DNA from: an uncultured delta proteobacterium
GTDB taxonomy: Bacteria; Desulfobacterota; Desulfuromonadia; Desulfuromonadales; BM103
Direction: 5' to 3'
DNA: 43,591 bases
NCBI GenBank assembly: GCA_963715335.1
Contig: CAVQRZ010000010.1
Span: 1-43,591 of the forward strand
Below are positions 38,565 through 43,591 of the stretch, piece after piece (within the stretch, counting starts at the first letter, position 1; each line of letters opens with the position of its first letter). The notes under the pieces are model-generated. The model saw nothing but the letters and a program-made list of their open reading frames with translations. It made no database searches and was not told the origin of the DNA. A program made the position numbers and the translations under genes.

Positions 38565-38933
38565 TTAATTATCCCGACTCTTGGCCTTGTATTCATTGTA
38601 TTTTTTTGACGAGCCTTTGACCTGCTCGGCAGGATATTTTTCTTCGTTCAGCGAGATCTTTTGCTGGGCTGCCTGAACCAAATCAACCCCTAACTTTTCT
38701 GACATGCGCAGCAGATAAATAAAAATGTCGGCAAGTTCCAAACGGACTTCCGCCAGCTTGTCATCTGACAATGTGTAGCTCTGTTCTTCGGTTAACCACT
38801 GGAAGTGTTCCACCAGTTCAGCAGCCTCGGCGATCAGAGCCATGGATAAATTTTTCGGCGAGTGAAACTGGTCCCAATCACGTTCGGCAGCGAAACCTTT
38901 TATTCGTGCAATCAATTCAGTAAGTTCTGACAT
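38565..38933 (-). CDS. MazG-like nucleotide pyrophosphohydrolase
   Basis: FAAERDWDQFHSPKNLSMAL..EAAELVEHFQW, ELADIFIYL, KISLNEEKYP. Confidence 0.92.
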   Translation of the reverse strand: MSELTELIARIKGFAAERDWDQFHSPKNLSMALIAEAAELVEHFQWLTEEQSYTLSDDKLAEVRLELADIFIYLLRMSEKLGVDLVQAAQQKISLNEEKYPAEQVKGSSKKYNEYKAKSRDN

Positions 38934-38972
38934 TTCTATCTCCAAGAGCACGCATTGAATATCCTTAGCTTA

Positions 38973-39001
38973 AAAGGGGCTCTCTGCTTTAAGTGTCCCC
39001 A
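38973..39001. repeat. Family A subtype A' repeat
   Basis: AAAGGGGCTCTCTGCTTTAAGTGTCCCCA, identical to 40582-40610. Confidence 0.9.
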
Positions 39002-39010
39002 TTTCCATGA

Positions 39011-39063
39011 TTGGGGACACTCAAAAGGGACACTCTATTTTGAGTGTCCCCGGCTCCGGCTCA
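39011..39063. repeat. Family A repeat, consensus form
   Basis: TTGGGGACACTCAAAAGGGACACTCTATTTTGAGTGTCCCCGGCTCCGGCTCA. Confidence 0.95.
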
Positions 39064-39570
39064 ACTGATACCCGCTTCTTCCTGCAGCAGAGACACCCAG
39101 GCGGCCAGGCGCTGCTCGGTAAGCTGGTCCTGATTTTCGACATCAAGGGGCAGACCGAGGAAATAATCCCCTTCAACCGCGGCGGAGGCAGAGTAATCGT
39201 AGCCTTTATCCGGCCATTTGCCGATGATGGTCGCTCCGGCCGCCACCGCCAGATCATGCAGTGCCTTCATCCCGTCGACAAAGGCATCAGGGTAACCGAT
39301 CTGATCTCCGACCCCGTACAAAGCGACCTTTGCCCCCTCCAACCGTGCCTCGCGCAGGCAGTCATAGGCGTCGTTCCAGTCGTTTTGCAGGCGATCCCCC
39401 TCATCGTGCCAGCTTGAAGTGCCGAGAATCAGCAGGTCACAGCTTTCCAGATCCGCCCGGGTTGCGTTGGCAATGGGATAAAGGCGTGCGGTGGTGATTC
39501 GCTCCGCAAGACGTTGCGCGATTAAGGCGGTATTGCCAGTGCTGCCGCCGTAAAATATTCCGATTTTCAT
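39061..39570 (-). CDS. fldA: Long-chain flavodoxin
   Basis: IGIFYGGSTGNT, LILGTSSW, ALYGVGDQIGYPDAFVDGM, FLGLPLDVENQ; AAGGAG RBS. Confidence 0.92.
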   Translation of the reverse strand: MKIGIFYGGSTGNTALIAQRLAERITTARLYPIANATRADLESCDLLILGTSSWHDEGDRLQNDWNDAYDCLREARLEGAKVALYGVGDQIGYPDAFVDGMKALHDLAVAAGATIIGKWPDKGYDYSASAAVEGDYFLGLPLDVENQDQLTEQRLAAWVSLLQEEAGIS

Positions 39571-39657
39571 GATGACTCCTTTATCGACGAAGATAAAATC
39601 AATTTAAAACGTTAACCAGTTTGACATGTTAGCATATCAGCGCGGTCAGAGTGGAGT

Positions 39658-39707
39658 GGGGTCAGGTCTTGAAATTTGAATTGACTCAAGATTAATGACC
39701 TGACCCC
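39658..39707. repeat. GGGGTCAGGTC..GACCTGACCCC palindrome (family C)
   Basis: 11-bp perfect outer arms plus inner TCTTGA/TCAAGA; further half site AGTCTTGACCCC at ~39746-39757. Confidence 0.8.
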
Positions 39708-39763
39708 GTTCAGGAGTGTCCCCTATGCCCAAATAAGTCAAACGGAGTCTTGACCCCTTTACA

Positions 39764-39807
39764 CAATTGGGGACACTCAAAAGGGACACTCTATTTTGAG
39801 TGTCCCC
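39764..39807. repeat. Family A repeat, consensus form, at the 3' end of the RAYT gene
   Basis: CAATTGGGGACACTCAAAAGGGACACTCTATTTTGAGTGTCCCC. Confidence 0.95.
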
Positions 39808-39811
39808 AAAC

Positions 39812-40444
39812 TTAAAACTTGCGATTCAGCAAACCTTCCAGCGTCAGCAGAGTCTCTGGACCACACAGTGGCCGACCACTTCTGGTTGCTCGCTTGATTA
39901 TATCTACGGTTCTTTCATCATCTTCTTTGAGGAATTTACAGTATTCTTCTCGAGCACTTTCGTGCAACCAGTCCGGCCGGCACATAAAAGAATCGGGCTC
40001 TCCTTTTACATGACACCTGGCACTGGACCAACGGTAACTCTCAGCATCATGCGTCAGACCGGCTTTCACCGGGTTGTTTTCAATATAGCGGGCGACACAC
40101 CAAAGATAGTCGTCTGTATCGACAATGCATGCAAAGAAGCGATTCTGCCACAAGCGGCCAGAACGAAAATATTTACGGTTTACATATCGGGTGTAAACCT
40201 GATTTGCCAGCCCCACCCCGCATGCAAGCGCGTCTTTAGTTTGAGGGACTACAAGGAGATGAACGTGGTTGGGCATCAAACAATACGCCCAGATATCCAG
40301 ACGGAATTTCGTGGCATACTGCTTCAACGAATCAAGATAGGTTAAACGATCCTGGTCATCAAAGAAGACTGTTTGACGATTGTTGCCGCGTTGGGTGACA
40401 TGATGCGGATAGCCAACGGCTACCGCCCGAGAAGTGCGTGGCAT
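39812..40444 (-). CDS. REP-associated tyrosine transposase-like HUH endonuclease (RAYT / Y1_Tnp family)
   Basis: MPR start, HHVTQRGNNRQTVF, AYCLMPNHVHLL (HUH), GRLWQNRF, YIENNPVKAGL (catalytic Tyr), YRWSSA; GGAGGG RBS; hairpin repeats on both sides. Confidence 0.9.
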   Translation of the reverse strand: MPRTSRAVAVGYPHHVTQRGNNRQTVFFDDQDRLTYLDSLKQYATKFRLDIWAYCLMPNHVHLLVVPQTKDALACGVGLANQVYTRYVNRKYFRSGRLWQNRFFACIVDTDDYLWCVARYIENNPVKAGLTHDAESYRWSSARCHVKGEPDSFMCRPDWLHESAREEYCKFLKEDDERTVDIIKRATRSGRPLCGPETLLTLEGLLNRKF

Positions 40445-40526
40445 GATTCCCTCCATAAAATTTCATAACAAATCAATCAAATCAGATGCTGAGATATTAA
40501 CGAAAATCAAAACACAAAACAATTTT

Positions 40527-40610
40527 CAATTGGGGACACTCAAAAGGGACACTCTTTTTTGAGTGTCCCCGGCTCCGGCTCAAAGGGGCTCTCTGCTTTA
40601 AGTGTCCCCA
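40527..40610. repeat. Tandem family A repeats (consensus plus subtype A') upstream of the RAYT gene
   Basis: CAATTGGGGACACTCAAAAGGGACACTCTTTTTTGAGTGTCCCCGGCTCCGGCTC then AAAGGGGCTCTCTGCTTTAAGTGTCCCCA. Confidence 0.95.
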
Positions 40611-40613
40611 ATG

Positions 40614-41396
40614 CTATTTCTTAGTTCTGGGTGGAGAAGATTCCAGGATTCCCCTGCTGCGGAGTGTCAGCCAGACGGGTGCTGCACCGAGATCGTACCG
40701 GACTTCGAAAAGCTTCAGCGGGACGACACCGGCGGCATACTCGTTAATCGCTTTGCGCCAGTTTGCATCGTCTGTGAACGGGGCTCCCGCATCACGGATG
40801 CCCTCGTCACCGGTAAACCCCAGATAAACCAGGATGACAGGGATGCCGAGGCTACCCAACTTCCAGGTAAAAGCCAGTCGGTTCGCAAGTTGGTAATGCG
40901 AGTCGCGGGAGATGTTGACGTGTGGATTGATGGCCTGCCAGGCTTTGCATGCTTCGTCGATCGCAGCGCCAATGCGCTCGTGGTTCTCGATCCCTTTAGG
41001 TGAAGAGGCCTTGTCAAGTCGCTTGCCAGCTGCACCCAACTCAGGCCAGTTCGCTTTCGCTTCAACAAGGACGAGTCCAGCTTTCCCCTCGATTTCACAG
41101 GTCGCAGCGATATCCCAATTCGGCGTATTCGCGCCGCGTCGATGAGCCAGCCACCAGCCCTGCAACTGTTCCCAAACGGCATGCCCTGACATAACTGCTG
41201 GCCCGAAACGCTCAAGACGCGCTTCCGTTGGATCATTGTAACCACGAGGCATATAAACGGTGTCAGGTGGGAAACGGACGGGGAGCGGGGCAAGAAGGGA
41301 TTCAAACTCTCTGAGGAAGTTGGGGCTTTCGGTCCAGTCGAGAACGTGTTTACGACTACCTCTTTCCAAAATTCCCCCTGTTTTCTTAGGCTTCAA
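40614..41396 (-). CDS. Hypothetical protein, putative PD-(D/E)xK nuclease
   Basis: TPNWDIA..LVLVEAKA (D..ExK) and downstream HYQLANR; start uncertain (TTG). Confidence 0.6.
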   Translation of the reverse strand: MKPKKTGGILERGSRKHVLDWTESPNFLREFESLLAPLPVRFPPDTVYMPRGYNDPTEARLERFGPAVMSGHAVWEQLQGWWLAHRRGANTPNWDIAATCEIEGKAGLVLVEAKANWPELGAAGKRLDKASSPKGIENHERIGAAIDEACKAWQAINPHVNISRDSHYQLANRLAFTWKLGSLGIPVILVYLGFTGDEGIRDAGAPFTDDANWRKAINEYAAGVVPLKLFEVRYDLGAAPVWLTLRSRGILESSPPRTKK

Positions 41397-41448
41397 TTTA
41401 ATTGGTATAAAAACACAGTATCAAGTTTCTGGGCTACTTCATTTTTCA

Positions 41449-41492
41449 GAGGACACTTAAAAGGGACACTTGTTTTCAAGTGTCCCCGGCTC
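41449..41492. repeat. Family A repeat
   Basis: GAGGACACTTAAAAGGGACACTTGTTTTCAAGTGTCCCCGGCTC. Confidence 0.92.
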
Positions 41493-41499
41493 TTAATGT

Positions 41500-43278
41500 T
41501 TAATCAACTGTTGCGGTTAAAAGCAATTGTGATGTTGATCGCGTCATCGCAACGTACATCAACTTCATTTCATCTTCATCAGAATGCTTGCTCGTGATGA
41601 TTTTTCCGCTGGGGATGGCGACAAAGGGGAATTCAAGCCCTTTGCTGCTATGAAAAGTAAGGAGCTTTACCCGTTCTTCCTTTTCATCAAAACTTATATT
41701 TGTTTTACCAACAAAAGGGATCTTCGCTTCACACAGGGCCTCAAAAAGAATCTTTCGGTCAGATGCACCGCGATACAGTATAGCCATATCCTTCCAGGAC
41801 ATGCCCAGGTTATGTGCCTCAAGCAGTTTTTCGGCAATATATTTTGCTTCGTCAGGCATCGAAGGTAATTTTATGATAAGTGGTTTAGTCCCGTGTCGAC
41901 CTGCAGAGACCGGTGCCAGGCGTGGGATATTGTCCTCATCGGCTTCTGCAGGAGTCAGGAGATTCGCAACTAACTTTGAGGCGAACTCGAGAATTTCCTG
42001 TGTGTTACGATAATTCACCCGCAGGATTGTCGTACGACCTTGAGCCAGAATGCCTACACTTTTAAAGCTGAAGCCTCTTTTTTGCTGGCCATAAATTGAT
42101 TGGGCATCATCGTAGAGCAGCAACAACGAATTCGTTGTTGGTGAAACCATCTGAGAAACTAATTTAAGCCACTCCGGACGGAAATCGTGCCCCTCATCTA
42201 TCAGCACAGCATCATATTGGCCTGCAGGGACAAGCTTACGGTCAACGGAGTTAATGACCATATCAACCATTTTTTCAAAGAAATCATCGTTTGAGACGTG
42301 ATTGTCAGGTGGCTTGATATTGTAAGTCTTGAGCTGAGCTCGGCACCAACTATGAAAGGTGTAAACGTGAACTTTTTCTTCGAGATTTTTGATCTGCATC
42401 CAATGCTTCAGGCGCTGAGCTAGGAGCCTGTTGTAACATAAAATCAGGATTGGCCGTGTGCACACTTTTGCCAGATGTTCCGCCCGATATCCCAATATAA
42501 GAGTTTTTCCGGAACCAGCAACGCCGTGGATGATTCTGTGGCCGTCCCCCAAACTTCGAGCAAGTTGCTCCTGCTGAATGTCCATGACCTTTAACAAATC
42601 AGGGATTTCCTGGACATCCTCCTCAAGTTGATCAAAAAGGGATGCTTCTTGTTTCGGCAGTCGAATTTCCGGGAACAGATGCCACCTAATTCGGTCAATC
42701 TGGGGCAAAGTAAGCACACCCCAATTACCCAACGTGAACATTCCCCACAACCTCTCTTGGAATTCTTCAGCATCCACATTTTCGACCATCTCGTCCTGAC
42801 AGATGACTCGATGTTCCGGAATGACTTCGCCTAAGTCCGTCGCTTCAAAAGCCTTGCGTGTCACCCTTGTCAAAATGACACCATAAGTCCAAGGGAAGAG
42901 AAGTTTCCCTTGCCAGCGACCTTTGTCAGCAATTAATTGAGGATCGCGCTCTAAAACATTTACAACGGCATGGGCATACTGCCGTGCTTGTTCGAGAGGA
43001 TTGGGTTTTTTGACGATGCCGGAATTTGTTTGCAGAGCGACTTGAAAGCGGTCGAAGGTTTGGATATTGTCGAGTCGCCAGTCTTTAACTTCGAGGATCA
43101 ACAACCCTCGCTGGGGGTGGAGAATAATGAAATCCGGGTGCAACCTACCAGTACCGACAGGGACGTCATACCAGCAGAGATAATCCTCTTCCAGCTTACT
43201 TTCCAGACGTTGTGCAAAACGTCTTTCCCCTGTCGTATCGAATTTGCAGCAAGAGATACTAGGAATCAATGTTGCCAT
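41500..43278 (-). CDS. NERD nuclease fused to a UvrD-like superfamily 1 helicase
   Basis: HPDFIIL..LEVKDW, NPLEQARQY; GVAGSGKT, LIDEGHDF, DDAQSIY, NYRNT, TFHSSKGLEF, YVAMTRS. Confidence 0.9.
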   Translation of the reverse strand: MATLIPSISCCKFDTTGERRFAQRLESKLEEDYLCWYDVPVGTGRLHPDFIILHPQRGLLILEVKDWRLDNIQTFDRFQVALQTNSGIVKKPNPLEQARQYAHAVVNVLERDPQLIADKGRWQGKLLFPWTYGVILTRVTRKAFEATDLGEVIPEHRVICQDEMVENVDAEEFQERLWGMFTLGNWGVLTLPQIDRIRWHLFPEIRLPKQEASLFDQLEEDVQEIPDLLKVMDIQQEQLARSLGDGHRIIHGVAGSGKTLILGYRAEHLAKVCTRPILILCYNRLLAQRLKHWMQIKNLEEKVHVYTFHSWCRAQLKTYNIKPPDNHVSNDDFFEKMVDMVINSVDRKLVPAGQYDAVLIDEGHDFRPEWLKLVSQMVSPTTNSLLLLYDDAQSIYGQQKRGFSFKSVGILAQGRTTILRVNYRNTQEILEFASKLVANLLTPAEADEDNIPRLAPVSAGRHGTKPLIIKLPSMPDEAKYIAEKLLEAHNLGMSWKDMAILYRGASDRKILFEALCEAKIPFVGKTNISFDEKEERVKLLTFHSSKGLEFPFVAIPSGKIITSKHSDEDEMKLMYVAMTRSTSQLLLTATVD

Positions 43279-43393
43279 AATCGGCTGCCCCCTCTCAACG
43301 CTACGATGTTTCTATTCAGCGATTCACTGCTCATGGATTTAAAAAATCGATAAAACCCTTTTAACTCTGTTTATTCATACAAAAGTTAGGCCC

Positions 43394-43426
43394 AAAAAAG
43401 GCCACCTCCTGCAAGCAAAGGTAGCC
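43394..43426 (-). terminator. Intrinsic terminator, probable riboswitch expression platform
   Basis: Minus strand GGCTACCTTTGCTTGCAGGAGGTGGCC followed by TTTTTT, between the aptamer and the NERD-helicase start. Confidence 0.7.
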
Positions 43427-43454
43427 AAAAAAAGAAGTTCCAGTTTTGTTTTTC

Positions 43455-43532
43455 AACTGGCAACCCGGCTGTCCCGTGCGGGACCCGTGGCTTTGCGTCA
43501 TCGGATTACTCCGATTTTGCCTTTGCAGAATG
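43455..43532 (-). ncRNA. c-di-GMP-I (GEMM-I) riboswitch aptamer
   Basis: Minus strand AAAGGCAAAATCGGAGTAATCCGATGACGCAAAGCCACGGGTCCCGCACGGGACAGCCGGGTTGCCAG has GGCAAA, a P2 stem with GTAA (GNRA) loop, GACGCAAAGCC and a P3 stem closing in GCCGGGTTGCC. Confidence 0.88.
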
Positions 43533-43580
43533 TCAATTTATCAGAAACTTAGAAAAATAAGAAAGTATTTATAGAGGTTT

Positions 43581-43591
43581 GATTGGGGACA
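43581..43591. repeat. Start of another family A repeat, cut by the window edge
   Basis: GATTGGGGACA matches GATTGGGGACA at 39009. Confidence 0.7.

Noticed and set aside
39590..39612. Possible Fur box upstream of flavodoxin
   Set aside because: Only a partial AT-rich resemblance to GATAATGATAATCATTATC; not enough to call
39812..40444. Plain IS200/IS605 insertion sequence
   Set aside because: No tnpB, the protein is longer than typical IS200 TnpA and has RAYT-type motifs (QRGNNR, NPVKAG, WSS), and the flanking hairpins recur throughout the region instead of forming one left and one right end
22213..41492. Family A repeats as simple rho-independent terminators
   Set aside because: They keep one orientation regardless of flanking gene direction, also occur between divergent genes and upstream of starts, and lack a consistent U tract; a secondary terminating role remains possible
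43455..43532. cGAMP-sensing GEMM-Ib riboswitch
   Set aside because: The position equivalent to Vc2 nucleotide 20 reads G (GGCAAA), not A; this rests on a by-eye alignment only
22101..43591. Family A repeats as a CRISPR array
   Set aside because: Spacing runs from about 10 bp to over 5 kb, the intervals contain whole genes, copies vary, and no cas genes are present
22101..43591. Classical integron with attC sites
   Set aside because: No tyrosine recombinase in the window and the repeats lack the RYYYAAC..GTTRRRY ends of attC sites; an intI outside the window cannot be excluded

Overview
GC-rich bacterial DNA, probably from a Desulfuromonadales/Geobacter-like deltaproteobacterium (inferred from gene content and repeat style, not proven). 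It holds about 43 CDS, mostly on the minus strand: a pxpB-pxpA-pxpC 5-oxoprolinase cluster with a TRAP transporter, an RhlE-like helicase, two RluA and two Gre-family genes, pdxH, an LpxR-like protein, an Att-like ABC/lipocalin operon, mscS, a MazG-like protein, flavodoxin, a putative PD-(D/E)xK nuclease and a NERD-helicase behind a c-di-GMP-I riboswitch. The main unexplained structure is non-coding. About 25 co-oriented copies of an asymmetric hairpin repeat (best form GGGGACACTCAAAAGGGACACTCTATTTTGAGTGTCCCCGGCTCC) sit at gene boundaries and split functionally unrelated genes into cassette-like units. The repeats flank an HUH/Y1 RAYT-like transposase gene (39812-40444), are best conserved next to it and decay leftwards, lie 4-14 bp from the stop codons of eight genes, show compensatory base changes, and coincide with the truncation points of two copies of a second, MITE-like repeat family. 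My inference is an integron-like gene-accretion array driven by a single-strand HUH nuclease rather than an IntI recombinase. All calls come from reading motifs by eye; no database search was run, so novelty is unverified.
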